Source of the DNA: Antedon mediterranea
Taxonomy: Eukaryota; Animalia; Echinodermata
DNA: 64,000 bases
Direction: 5' to 3'
Assembly (NCBI RefSeq): GCF_964355755.1
Contig: NC_092674.1
Location: forward strand, 11,470,001-11,534,000
In this document: positions 50,240 through 64,000 of the stretch, in pieces
Position numbering within the stretch: the first letter of the stretch is position 1
Layout: each line of letters begins with the position of its first letter
Translations under genes and position numbers: made by a program
The notes under the pieces: model-generated
Told to the model about the DNA's origin: nothing
The model's input: only the letters and a program-made list of their open reading frames with translations
Database searches by the model: none

Positions 50240-51249
50240 TTACCCTTCGAATAAGCCTTAAATAATAAGTTCGTATCACTGTGCAACCTCAGTTTGTATA
50301 GCATATTCCCACACAATACTTTTGTCGTTTACAATGCAGACAATAGATATTTGTCCTTCTTGACCAATACAATCAAAAGAAGGTCTTCAGGTAGGAACAA
50401 TCTTCCATTGCATGACCAGGGAGTTATTTTAACAACTCCCTGGCATAACAATACACAGAATGCTGACCATGGATTAAGACCCGGCCGTGTGAAACTGGAG
50501 GTACAACTATCAACATTCCAATGCCTTGCGTTTAAACTCAGTGATCATTAAAGTCTAAGCAGATTGAATTATGACAAACGCATTACAGTTTACATTGTAA
50601 AGTAGCTTTTTTTACTATTTTTATTTCTATGATGTTACCTTCAAAATATACTGATTTGGTCTTACTACTTAGGCCTACTATACTCTTGCAAAATTGAATT
50701 CTAATTCAAAATAATTATTACACGGACAATTATCTGATTAATGTATTTAATTTATGAAAATATCATATCGCTGACGCCAAGTGTACAGTTATTTAAAACT
50801 GAAAACCTGATAATGTGACGTTTAGCTATCTTGCTGTACAGGTCTGCCGTTGGCCTGCTAATCGTGGTCGTGTCTTTTCATTGGTTAAGTTTAAAATCAC
50901 TGATACGTCACTGGATTAGCATTATCTACCCTCTCCTGCTAGGGTTATTAACGCCACCGGCGCGGCGTAACAGCTCCCTAGCGTTAATCCGCGGCCTAGT
51001 TCAGTCAAAGATTTGTAAAATTGTCTTGCAATGCATTTGCATCAGGTTGTTTTCATTCACATCTACATTATCATTTAATTTAATTATTTATGACATTTGT
51101 ATCAACTATTTTGATTTCCCATTGCAATGGAATAGGATGTTTTACTTTCATGTAATCAGCAAGGTAATTGTTCCAAGACTGACGTAGGCCTAAGCTTAGC
51201 TAAGCTTTAATATATTCTTATGATTTAAAACATTTATAATTAATAATAT

Positions 51250-51900
51250 CTTTCAATAATATATCCTGAATCAATCCATGGTTGGTTATACAGAGGTGTG
51301 TTTCTTATATAGTTATAAGCTTATTTCCACACAGTGTTTGATATTTTCCACTTTCCTGGATCAGGATAATAAGTTCTTTAACAAATTTCATTATTAAAAT
51401 TTGTTAAATTGATGCCGCCATTATTTACATTTTGAAACAAAGTATTTTTTTTTATTTTTTCCTTTTACAATTCCATAAATTAAAAAAATTGGTTAATTTC
51501 CTTGATTGTATGCATTGGAATATCAATATTGCTGGAATTATATATTAACTTTGACAATGCTAATGTTTTTATTACGGTTAATTTACAAAACAGAGGGTTA
51601 GATTTCTATTTACTCAATTTTTTCCAAAGTATTTACCTTTTCAACCCAATTTTTTTCATAAAATTTTCCCTGTTATATCCAACAAAATTGTCTAGAAACT
51701 TGACTGGTTCTTTTACCAATTTACATCCCTTTTGTGTTTGCTTAGTTGAGGGACATCCCTGCAACATTGCGAAAAGAATATACCTCATCTAGACAAGCCG
51801 TTACACTTTTTTCAGCCAAGATGATTGTGTCATCAGCTAATTGTGCAATTTTGATTTCTTGGTACCTATTGGTATTCACTACATTTAAGAGTTATTTTGC
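51250..51900 (-). mobile_element. L1/Tx1-like LINE RT relic (endonuclease relic ISDHSLV further upstream at ~53550-53570)
   Basis: EIKIAQLADDTII (~51820-51860) and KLTVIKTLALSKLIY, with many stops. Confidence 0.5.
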
Positions 51901-51929
51901 TTTGTTCTTTGAAGTTGTTGACCAGTACA

Positions 51930-52552
51930 ATGATCAATTAAGTTGGGAAGACCATATAGACTTCATCAGCAAAAAATCTAATCCCAGAATGTATTGTATG
52001 AGAACTTTATCTAAATCTAACTCCGGTGAACTGATGTTACTTTCGTTCTATAGATCCGTAATATGTAGTGTTTGGACGTACTGCCTCTCCTGTTGGGCTG
52101 GTAATGCTACCGGAGGGAATAAAGGACGCCTTGAAACTTTCATCCGTCGGGTTGGTAAAATGACTGGTCTGGAACTACCTTCCATTACCGATGTGCACCT
52201 AGAACACCTGAAAGATTTCGAACGCATTGAGTCGGATGCCTCTCATCCTCTCAACAAAGTAATCATAGACCAACTTAATCCAAGTGGTAGATTGAGGCTC
52301 CTCAGTGTGAAAACAAATCGATATGCCAAATCCTTTATCTTTTCCGGTATCATCCAGTACAATAGGAAGTCAAGAAGATAATAACTTATTTTGTATTCGG
52401 CGTTTCCAAATGGGCATAATTATACTTTTTGATGTTTGTATATGAATGGTTGTTCTATCTTTTTATTGTATTTATATTGTGTATACTTTTTTTATGACGA
52501 GCAATAAATTTCCTTTTTGAGGATCAATAAAAGTTATCTTATCTTATCTTTT
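51930..52552 (+). mobile_element. 3' end of a Rex1/Babar-like LINE with (TCTTA)n tail
   Basis: LSWEDHID...RMYCMR, FYRSVICSV..YCLSCWAGN, SDASHPL, SGRLR...KTNRY..SF. AATAAA followed by TTATCTTATCTTATCTT at ~52526-52552. Confidence 0.85.
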
Positions 52553-53932
52553 CCAACAATTTCTTTATGTGATCTCTTGGGTACAATAATTGTATTATCT
52601 CAGGTGATATTTTACTCTAATTGTTTTATAAGGAGCGTGGCGGTTACATATATCTATGAAGGAATCTTTCCACTTGTCCATATAGAGTTTAAACTATTTT
52701 CTTCCTCATCTATAAATATTTAGGTACTGTATTGGAAGATAAACTTAATTGAACCCCCAATACACTATATCCATATAAAAAAAAGACAAAAACGATTGTA
52801 CATAATGCACCAATTACGTAAATTTAATATTGATCAACAAATTATTGAATTATATTATAATTCGATGATATCCAGTGTAATTTATTTTTCGTTTATAGTC
52901 TGGGGCGGCAGCCTTACAGCTATAACATGGGCTTGTTAGTGAGAAATCGTAAAAAATCTAAATAAATAGCACAGTTAAACGTATGCAACTTTAAGTCTAA
53001 ATTGTAGTTGCAATCCTTAAAATGGTAGAGCGTATGCTCGCACAACCGTCTCATCCCTTATTTTTAGAATACGAATTTCTCCCATCATTAGTCCGTATTT
53101 AGATATCTTTACACTCAAACTGGCAGATGTAAACTGGCAGATGTAAAAAGTCATTTTATTTCTAACTCCATAACTCTTATAACAACAAAACATCTAGATA
53201 AGATTAGTTTAACTATAACTGTGTCTTATTGTAGGCATCATGACAATTATTGGAATTTCTCTTTTGCCTGTATGCTCTTTGTATCTTTTGATGTGTTTTT
53301 CATTATTTTATTTTTTTAATGTTTTTTTTTAATAATTTTAAGAGCTTTGTGTGTGTACAAACTACACATTTTAAATATTTTATATATTTGATAATAAATG
53401 CAAGCAGCGTATTCATTCATCTTTATCTAATTCATTATTTCTTTGTAATTCTCCAATATATGTTCTTCATTAAAGTTTTTGAAATTTCTAAAAGTTGGTC
53501 TAATTGTTTTATGTCTATTGTTTTTATTTACATATTCTAGACATGTACAAACTAAGGAGTGGTCACTTATTGTACATGGCATTCTTCCTCCACTCCGGAA
53601 ATAACATAATTAGAGAAATTATTGCAAAGAGATAGAATTGTTGAAGATAACCTAAAGTATTTTTGGATCCATCATCCTAATTTTCTATGGCTATTCAATT
53701 TTACCGCAGAAAGTTTTAACTTTTAATGCTTAACCTTTGTATGCTGTTCTTTAACAGAAAGCTAATTTATATTCTAAGTAATCTAAAACTATTATAATTT
53801 TATTTCATCTGATGGTCCTATGCCTATCATAATTAATCTTACCTACAGTATACACCCCAAAACTCTAAATGTGATTATTAGTATCTTGTTAATATTATTT
53901 GTGTAAATTCAACAAGAATAAACATAGCTATT

Positions 53933-56900
53933 TTAAGTTTCATATGGGGAAGTTGGCACGGTGATTCTTCCGATAGCCATCTCTCTGAGCTTTTTACGAT
54001 CAATCTAGAAAGACAAAAAATAATAATGAATGAAGGAAGCGTTATGTATTAATTTATTAACAATAATACATAACAAATAACATGCTTCAACTTCAATGAA
54101 GCATTGAAGGCAGATAAACTGAACTAAAAGGTTAGAAGATTCAGTATTATGTTTATCATTTTGTTGCACGAGCCAATACAATAAACTGTCTGAATACCTT
54201 TCCTGTAAAACCTTTTGGAAACTCATCAAATTGTAAGCAGTGTTTTGGTAGGTGATTCACAATGAACTGTAAGACATAATCAACATTATCAAGTTATCTT
54301 TATTATGTTCAAACAAAATTTGAAACAATAACAAGTAAAAAAATTTAAGTGCCATATTTAACATAATTAATTGTAGGCCTATTGTAACTAATGGTCATCC
54401 ATATCAATATAAACAACATCTTACTCCTACCTTATCAACACAATGTTTTTCTATATCTTCTACTGTTAAAGTGCAGCCTGGATTAAGTCTGGAATTTAAT
54501 TGTAATACTAATGTAATTGTATGTAGCATTTGTAAAAACAAGTCATTTGTTGGGCAGTACACCAGTAAAAGAATGTACACAGGAAAGTTCCTGGAAATGC
54601 CTTAACAAAATTAATTTTACTAATTTCTATTCTGATTACAAAGGGATGGTAGAATTGGATCATCCTTTCTAGCAATATTGAAATATCATACATACAATAA
54701 AACAACAAATATTTACATAACACAGGCACACACGTCCTCTCCATATCTATAATCTGGTATCCCCACAATCTAAAGAAAACATTATTCATTATTCATGATT
54801 TAGATATCATTATGTACTGTATGCAATATTCGGACAAATCTTGCGGCTTTTTTATTTTACAGTATTGTATAGTACACTGATACATTTAATACATATCCGA
54901 GATCATACATACAATCATGAATACAATTTTATAACAAACAGTTGATTTTTTGGACTACACTATTAACAAACTTAGCTTAACTTTTTGGTTAATTGTTGTA
55001 AAGAAATTAAGGTTAATAACTTAAACACGCACATGTTTCTATTGAGTACAAATCATGGAGTAGATCTTGGTCTGCAAAATGTTCTCCACTTATTTTTTAT
55101 TTCTTTAAAAACTATTGTGAATATTCTGTGAATCACATTATAATGACCACACAAACCACTTTTTTACAAATTCTTACCTGAATGGTCTTGACAGCTGGAT
55201 GACTTAAAAGCGCTTTTTCCAATGGAAAAGGGTATATGTTGTAACAACTTCTGATTATAACGTCCTTAAGAAAAAGAAGCACATGGTTTACAATTATTAC
55301 TTTATACGTTACTTGCTTTGTTTGTTACTTGGCAAAATAGAATCTTAGTTTAAAAACTACGACCAACCAACCTCTACCCAGGGTACGCTGATTAAAAAAT
55401 ACTTTATTTGGTGACAAAGGTATCCTCTAGGTTAGTAGTAGATTAGTAGTTCTTATATTAATTATTAAATAATAATACTTATTGTTTAAATGTACTTTTC
55501 CACCTTAATTATATTTGATATTTATTGTAATAGAATTATCTATTGATTTATGTGTGGAAATCAATAAAAACAAACAAACAAACCTTCGTTCTGCCTGTTA
55601 TTGTAAGGTATCCATCTTGATCAAGTTTCCCAATATCACTGCAATTATGAATTTATATTTTAAAAAATATTTCTGGTAAAAAAATATAATTTATAAAATA
55701 ACTTTCTGATAGTAAGAGCAATATGTATCGAAACATTTACCCCATTCTAAACCATCCATCAGAGGTCACAGCTTCGTTTGTGTTTCTTTCATCAAAATAA
55801 CCCTCAAATGCAATGTCGGGTTTTACCAATACTTCTCCCTCTTCCCCAAACATTGCTGGATGTCCACTTTTGTTTACAATCCTTATCTGAAATAGAACAT
55901 GTTCCGCAATGGGTAACATCAAACTGCATTATGAGTTATTTCAATTCAATTTGATGATTATAACAGATCTCTTTTAAAAAATGCTTCAACAGAAACATAT
56001 GTTTTGTTTCTCTTTGTATAGTATGATAAATGTTATGATAGTTGTGTAATTAGGCCTACATATTACATTTGGTATACTTAGAATAAGCCAATGTTCTTAC
56101 TGCACCCTTCATCTTGAAACTCTCACTGTAAAAACCTACAAGTTAGAACCAAATGTCTTCATCTTTTTGCTATTCATGGATTCCTGCGAATTTGGCGAAC
56201 TCTTCGTACTTCTCTAATGTGTGAATTGTTATGTTCACTTGTGTTTTAATTGCTTATGTCACCTGGGATTATAAGGGTCATTGTCGTTTGTTGTTGTCTC
56301 TTTTTTGTATTGTTTATTTATGTTTTTGGGATGATGCTATTAGCAATAAAAGAAAGAGAACAACATGTCATTGTTACCGAGTTTCCGTACTAAAATTTTC
56401 AGTGAAGCCCACTCTCTTTCGTTGCATCCCCTCTTCGGAACAAATTCCCACTTCATGTAAAACATTCGCCCACTTTCCATATAGAAACTTACTTTACCTT
56501 GTTGTTTCCTATGGGTTTACCGACTGTTGTGCATGATTTGTGACCTTCTTGGACAAACACGCATGAAACGTCAAATATTTCTGTCGATCCATATGTAATC
56601 TAATTTCAAAATGTAATTATTTCATATTAATAATTATTTCATATAAATAGTTTACACTATACATATTCAAAACTGGAGAAGAAACTATGAACTGACAGAA
56701 AATACTCACCATCATATCAATGTTTAATTTCTTTGATAGAAGAATAGCAACTGACGGTGGAATCGGCGATCCTGTAAGACAACCTGTAACAAATTAAAAT
56801 CGTTATTGTACGAGTTTTAACTATTAAAATAGGGAGTTTTCGCAACCCTACGAATACGATAACGAAAACGGATACGTAACGCACACGTATTCGTTTTTCG

Positions 56901-59900
56901 TAAGCCAGTAAAAATCTGTTTCGCATGGCAACAAAATATTAAGGGCGCCGTCCAAAATATGACTGCGGTAAATTTGAGCGAAGCGCAGGTACGTGTTGCT
57001 TGGTGCTTGGCTGCCTTGGCCTAGCGTAACATCAAAGCGAGTGAGGACTTTAAAAACTGCTATTTATCAAAATTGACCTTGCATTTTAGTAAATTACTTT
57101 AGTAAATTACTTTCAATAAAAGTATAATTATATAATCATGAATCATTCCTGATTCAAATGCAAAATGTGCAAAATAGATCAAAAACTATAGGCCTACTCG
57201 TTTTGTAGTTACGAATATGACGGGTGATATTCGTCAACACGAATACGCTTTACGAATATGAAATGGGGATCAGCTCAAAAGTTTCACAAATGTGTGACGT
57301 ATCCGTTTTTGTTATCGTAATCGTAAGGTTGCGAAAACTCCCTATTGCATTATAGATACGATATACTGCCTACAGTCACTCATTTTAATGTAGCGGATAA
57401 TATAAGATTCTTTAGGCCTATAATAATTCTAAATTCATGAAAATGGTAGAAGCACTAGAAATCTCTCAATATAAGTTTAAATAATGAAATGTGACGTTCT
57501 TTACTAAATTTGAAATTATACATTTATTTTATATAATAATTCATTAACATATCACAAATATAGGCAAATATAATTGGTATCCTGATTCTTAAAATGCTTA
57601 TTTACAGATAAAACATTCAACACCGCAGAATTCTCATTGCATAGGCCTACACATACAATGCAGATGGAAGGCTAAATGTCACTTCCAAACTCATCATATA
57701 ATATAGTGTTAGTATAGAGTATCTACCTGCTTTTAGAGACGATAAATCATAGAGATTGAGCGTGGGGTCATAAACCACTTGAATCAACCAATGGAACGTT
57801 AGCATAAAATGAGTAACCCTGGAAGACAAATACACTTCTTAAAACATGCAAATGTTATACAAGAAACAAGTATTTTGAAAGACTGTCATTCAACTCCGCT
57901 CAGTATCCGCCAATATTTCAACTCATTTTATGTGCATACATGAAACACTAATACTAAAAATAATAATATAAAACACCCATAGGCCTACTGCCCTAAAGCA
58001 AACATATTTATTTATTTTGATTTCTATTGAATCAAATCAATATTTATTTCCTGTCAAAGGTACGTACATCAAACTGGTAGAAGCAATAAAACTCTTGAAA
58101 TGTGTCATTCTTTCCTGTCGCCTTAAAGGCTGGTTGCATGCCTATAAATCTGACCACTGATCTTTAATGCACAGTACCATTGCATATTACTTTAAAGACG
58201 TATTGTTACCCCACAAACATGAAAAATGAAGATTAATAAATTCAGACATTGAATAGGCAATTTTGTAGTTTTATTAAAGTTTTCCAAGGGAAAAAACGGA
58301 GAAAAAAAATATTTTCACAAAGTAAACGGTTAGACTCAACGGAAATTTTGGGTAGATATTTTTTTTTTCGATCTAACTTTTGTAAATAACAATTGTGTGA
58401 CATTAACATGGCATGTTAAAAAAACCGTCGTTTTAGACGATTAAGCGTCAGTGATTAAAATAATGTGATAATTCAATAAACAAAGGAAAAACCTTTGCCG
58501 ATCCTTTGTTTTCTGAGCCCGGACTATATACATTGAATAATCTTCCGAATGGCATTACACATTTTATAATAAGCCAGGTGAAGACAATGTTATTACTGAT
58601 GTATAGAGCCGCTGATAAATAATCATAAACAAGTGCGCTATAAGATTTAAAAAGGTGCAAGAGAAGGAAATCTACAAAAGTGCCGTATCACTAATTCACA
58701 ATTAAGTTACCGTTCATCTTTGATAGTTTGTAAGAATTTCTTGCAATCAAAGGCATCTGTATTAGGGTATATACACGTTGAACCAACAAGAAGTGGACAA
58801 ACATGCGTTTGTACAGCGCAATCCATAAATGCCATAGTGCCACACAACACTAGTTTGGTTACCTTCAATGTAAGTTTTACATTTTATAATATTGGTATCT
58901 TGACAACTTATTATTGTTAACATATTATTATTATTATTATTATTATTAACATCATACATGTTGTAGTTTCTCTTAATCAAATCTTGTGTGTTTGAGTAAA
59001 TAAAGTGTTTTAGATTATTGAATGAATCTTACTTTTTCAAGGCTAAATTTTAATTGAATTTGAAGAAGTGCATATTTTTTGATTGAGGAAGCAACGTATA
59101 TCGCATTAGTAATCCTTGCTTTTATTCATACCTTAAAATATTGATATGTTAACAAATAATTCATTAATGTTATACAATTTATTTACTGTATCAATAATTA
59201 TTACCTGACTTTCATTACACAATTGTAATAGGCCATAGGTAGGGTTCAACATTCGAAAATGTGATTTTTTTACTAGTTTTGGTGGTCCGGTTGAGCCCTG
59301 AAATAAAATACAAAGAATATATATTTGTTGAAAACGGGTACTTGGACTTACATTACATGGGAGTGCATTGAAACACAAACGTTTGTTTCAGTTACTTAAA
59401 AAAATATAAAATGTTCCGCTTTCAGATTTTAATTTAGTAGGAATGTTAAGAGATATCATACTGTAGAAATAGTACAAACCGATGTCATCAATACACAGCA
59501 AATGTCATCAATAGTGACCCTTTTGACAGCTTGCATAACTGTGTCTTCATAACCAGCAAGATACAAATCTTCTAACTTGGTTGTACCACTATAATTCAAA
59601 TATACAAACATAATGACTCAATATAAAGTTTTATAGTTAATACAAATATTAAATAAAAGAGACCATTAGAGACGGTACTGTTTGTATACTGCAGTCAGTT
59701 ATTCATTGCTAAACATTTTCATTTTATTATTAATGAACATTTTATCATGATCATTTTATTGACATATCTGATCTATTTAAATGTCATACCTTTTATGATT
59801 GATGCCTGTAGCTACGATATACCTCAAGTCCGGAAAGCTTAAACAAAAAAGATTGCTGTATTATCCTGCAGTACATTATGAATAATTCAAATCAAATGTA

Positions 59901-62900
59901 GAAGCCATTGCATTATAATAATAAGCTATAAATAGTTGACATTTATATCGGTTTTAATACAAAGATTTATTTTCGGTAACCGCGCATATGTTTTAATGCA
60001 TTTACATAATAATTATATATTAATTATGGTAAAATATGGTAATTTCGTAATTACTATGAAATCATCTATTTTTGGCAAAACTTCTTTAGTGACCATATTA
60101 TTAATTGTTGATAATAATGTTGTAAAAAAAACATAAAATAGAAGTATTTACTTATTAGACATGATGCTACCAGAAGTGCTAGAGCTCAACTCTGGAATCA
60201 GTTTACAAATGTCTGTATACAGGTTTTCTGGACTTCGAGTGAGGAATAAAGCCTTACATGATGTCTGAATGAAAAAGAAATTAAATAAATCTCTCTAATC
60301 TCTTATTAAATATAAAAGAGTAAAAAGCTCCGAACTGAAACTAAATGAATATTCTCTCTTACCCTCTTATAGCTAGCTAAACAATTTTACCATTTAAAAA
60401 AATGTACAAGTTCGTTCCCCTAACGGGGTTTTATTTCCACAATATTTAGGCCTCTGGCCCTTATATCTTACATACAAATCATACAATAATATTTTCTGGT
60501 TGGGTTGCAAAATAATATTTTCTATTTTCGTAAGCTAAATAAACAAAATTTGCTAAATCTTGGACTACTCTAGTGTTGCACATTAAAAAATAAAACTTAT
60601 TTAAACAAGGGAACGTGTGATAAAAATTAGGAATATATAAGTTTCTGCTGAGTTCGGAATAATATGGACAGACTAACATAAAATGAAATTCGTCTTCAAT
60701 AGAATTCATATTGCATAATTTACATAAACGGTTTTGAAGTGGGATTTTGTTCCATCTTCCCTTTTCTATTTCCAAATCTAACACTCCTAAACGAAATTTT
60801 GTGAATATATTTTTACGTTTCCAATCTTTTAAGTGTAACAAATGATAACTTATTTCAATTTTCGTTTTAAAATACTTAAAATATTTTAGTTTTGAATGTA
60901 AAGAAAATTGTTCAAAATATTTTTGTTTTCTAAATCAATCAGTCGTAATTTAAATTCTTTAATAAATAATTTCTTGTCTTCAATCATTTGATTGTACCAA
61001 ACATAACCAAAGCCGGTTGAACAAAGTAAATGTTTTACCTGACTAGCCCAGCAATATTCATTTCTGTTAATATTTCTTAACTGAAAACTGTAACATTTAA
61101 AAATAAATCTATTTTTATCCATGTCAATAATATGCAACCAAAAACGAATAATTGAAATTAAACAATCGACATGCAAGGAAACTCTGCCTAATTCTGTAGT
61201 TACGGCTGCGCTAGGGGCACTTTTTCCAATGTTCAAAATAAACCTCGCAAAACGCGTGTGGAAATTATTAATAATTATTTGGTTAGAAAACCCCCATATT
61301 TCACTGCCGTAAATTAAAATTGGTAATATTTTTGTGTCAAAAATATAATTCCATGTATTTTCTGGTAAATATTTCATATTTCGACTAATAAAAGATTTAA
61401 CGGAAAATAACGCGTTGTTTGCTTTTTGACAATTATATTCAAGTGCTTTGTTCCACTGGCCATTTGAACTAAATACCACTCCTAAATAATTATAAGTCGT
61501 AACAACCTCCATTTGAATATTCCTGTAATACCATTTTTCAAAATATTTTAGTTTCCCACCCTTTTTAAATACCATTATTTTTTATTTATTTATGTTTACA
61601 CTGAAACCCCATGTGTCACAAAAATGTTCGAGTTTATTTATTAAAATTTGTAAGCCCCTTACCGTATCTCCAAATAATACTAAGTCATCAGCGTATAATA
61701 AATGATTGATAAAGCTGTCTTCAACTTGTATTTTGTCGCTATCTCTACTCTGATTTAGATCATAACTTAAATCATTCATAAATATGTTGAAAAGTAAAGT
61801 AAAAATGTATCCAACATTTAGATTGAAAGAAATAGCACAAACTTACACATCGTACATGATTCAAACTTTGGTTAATCTTTCCACTTACAAAGTGTGAACT
61901 GAGCACCATATTCTCAGTACTAGCTTTTACCAGTATCATATAGGACATTTCCGTAAAACAGCATCACATGTATTGCCTATAGTACAGTATCATAGGCAAC
62001 CAATCCTTAACTAATGATAACACATGTGATACACACAAGATGCTATATTACCAAATGTTTCCATGATACTGGGCAAATTTTGTCGTACGTGGAGATACGG
62101 TCCCGAGAGACATGTATTTTGGATTGAAACAACAAGAATTTTCTCATATTGAAATTTTATTATGACACATTTCGTATTCACCTTTCGTAAAATGTCTCCT
62201 ATTATGTGCATGGGATAATTCACTTGCAAAAACACCTGTAAAGAAAAATAAAGATGATTTTATTTGGTCTAAATTAAAATTTATAAACGATATCAATTGT
62301 AAGACAAGACAAGATGTTTAGGCCTATGTCTATTACCAGTTATTTTAATCATGTTTGTTTTGAGAAATTGTTTTTAAAATATTCAAACACAACATAACCT
62401 TCAGTAATCTAACTTACTGATATTAATCCAATTGCCCGTGCTGCACCAGCGATCAGTGGCCATTCCATGTGATTATGCCCAATAATAGCTATGTAATCGC
62501 CTTTACTAAGACCAATATCCAGTAGACCAGACGCTAATTCCTCTACCTAAAAAGTCAGTTCAACTTGATATTACCAAATCTCAGAAAATGAATTCGTAGT
62601 AGCAAATATATAATTTCTAGAAATGGAATCAATTGTTAGTGCTCGTGCTTTGTATAGGGTTACATTATCATGTGGCCGTGGCTTATTATTCACCACCACG
62701 AAGGCTCCATCAAGATTATAGACAATGCGACAAAATAATAATATTTAAATCTGTTAAATATAGAGTAATGACTGATAATAACAGCGTTCCATTGAGCTAT
62801 CTATTTAACTTCAGCTATTTTCTTCAAATCTCTCATTATATAGGTTAAAAAAAAGATTCTCAATATTTACTTTTGTTCGATTTACAAAAATCATTAAGGA

Positions 62901-63177
62901 TAATTTAACTATTTAAAACATATTGTAATAGCATAAGGCAATTATAATTATCAATAAGTGTGAGGTTAGTTAAACAATCCTAAAAAGAAAAGCATTAGGG
63001 CCTATAATATGTAAATTAACCTCTTAGATGAGTGTATACCTTTCGATGGAAATCCAAAAAATTCAATCTCTCATTATCACTAACAAACACATACATTTCT
63101 CTGTCAGGATGCATTTTAACCCGTTCTTCTAGCAACTCATGCATAGAACGTCTGATAGCAGTAGAGGTTTCCATCAT
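53933..63177 (-). CDS. ACSF2-like acyl-CoA synthetase / ANL adenylating enzyme, paralog B (~547 aa, 18 coding exons, intact)
   Basis: Exons: 63177-63040, 62546-62418, 62235-62182, 60264-60152, 59837-59790, 59588-59480, 59297-59205, 58862-58711, 57818-57727, 56783-56710, 56599-56498, 55886-55741, 55638-55584, 55264-55178, 54769-54717, 54488-54431, 54266-54198, 54004-53933. Same intron positions and phases as paralog A. Motifs LMTSGSTGPPK, YGSTE, GWFRMGD, GRTKD, TGKID. Confidence 0.92.
56831..57343. mobile_element. MITE with ~50-bp TIRs (AGGGAGTTTTCGCAACC...) and AT target duplication (PIF/Harbinger-ISL2EU-like)
   Basis: AT|AGGGAGTTTTCGCAACCCTACGAATACGATAACGAAAACGGATACGT...ACGTATCCGTTTTTGTTATCGTAATCGTAAGGTTGCGAAAACTCCCT|AT. 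Confidence 0.8.
60420..61798 (-). mobile_element. 5'-truncated LINE (RT C-terminus plus CCHC-type motif; CR1/RTEX-like) in an intron of paralog B
   Basis: LLFNIFMNDL, LLYADDLVL, YNYLGV, PILIYGSEIWG, FRLG.LDLEIEKGRW...RLCKLC...IEDEFHF.LVCP.Y, with two frameshifts. Confidence 0.88.
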
Positions 63178-63529
63178 AGATTCTAAAAAAAATAGAGTTC
63201 CATTCCATGTTCGTTAATTTAGAGTTTTATATTTCTCTTTTATATTATTATTCAGAACAAAATACACAATTGTTGCATCCACATGAGTACTGTATTTATT
63301 TGACATAGGCTTGCTAATGCGTGACGATAATCTAACGTGACGGTTACAATGTTCCTATATAATTACTTCTTTCTAGGAATTCTCCGCCACGCCCAAGTTC
63401 ACATATCACGATTAACTGAAATTTTAACAAAACATCTATAAAAGTAAAGACTCAATAGTTACTACAATAGTTTCATTAAGATGATATGCCTGCCTCCTAA
63501 TCTTATGTATATATAAGTATACGCTTACC

Positions 63530-63700
63530 GAAAGTAGGCCTAAGCAACCAAAGTAATACACTAGCATCCCACTGATGTCTCCATTAACCACCATTTTCTT
63601 GTACTAACTGACTGACCTTGGCCACAGAACACAGTGAGCTAATTTGCATAATAATGCCACCTGCGAGCACTACAAACTAGCCAATCAGCAAGGAGTCACT
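63530..63700 (-). promoter_or_regulatory. Putative promoter and non-coding first exon of paralog B
   Basis: GTAAGC donor at ~63528, octamer ATTTGCAT at ~63642 and CCAAT (AGCCAATCA) at ~63679, upstream of the first coding exon. Confidence 0.35.
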
Positions 63701-64000
63701 CAAGTGGAACAATGAGCTAACTTGGCTTCATAGAGCCACACAATAAATAAAGTACAGTAAATTAATAGTAAAACTTCTTAATTTGGCCTTTACAATTATG
63801 TTTATCAAGTAAGTTAAGAAATGCTAAGAAATTAATATACAGAAAATGAATACGCTAAAATATGATTATGTTTAGAAAAGAATATGCAAAACTATGATTA
63901 TGTTAAGAAATGAATTTGTTAAAATTATGTCTTAAGTTAAGAAATGAATACGTTAAGAAAATAGTACAACACAGACTAATATCACCAAACTTGTATAACA

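Noticed and set aside
51746-52381. 211-aa ORF as a host gene
   Set aside because: Chimera of an antisense Tx1-like relic and a Rex-Babar 3' end.
33869-63177. Firefly-type luciferase or true ACSF2 ortholog call
   Set aside because: No PTS1 or luciferase-specific motifs, no evident mitochondrial presequence and a divergent A4 motif. Orthology needs a phylogeny, so no gene symbol is given.

Overview
AT-rich, intron-containing animal (probably marine invertebrate) genomic DNA, with no prokaryotic operons, rRNA or tRNA genes. The first ~33 kb is a graveyard of nested mobile elements: DIRS/Ngaro tyrosine-recombinase retrotransposon pieces (a YR remnant at the left edge followed by an array of covarying hairpins, and a separate SGNH hydrolase-gag-truncated RT block), Polinton pPolB remnants, several LINE fragments, a hAT transposase relic, a Helentron Rep/PIF1 fragment, a complete non-autonomous Helitron, a Penelope-type hammerhead motif, a near-identical ~3.5 kb duplication carrying HECT-ligase pseudo-exons, and a spliced OB-fold-like pseudogene. 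The right half holds two intact tandem paralogous 18-19-exon genes on the minus strand (33869-50239 and 53933-63177). They encode ~550-aa ACSF2-like ANL adenylating enzymes with atypical substrate-pocket (F-x-D) and A8-loop residues. Their introns contain a second Helitron, an Academ-like TIR element carrying a 1.5 kb 30-bp minisatellite, MITEs and LINEs. All family assignments come from motif recognition by eye; no database search was run.
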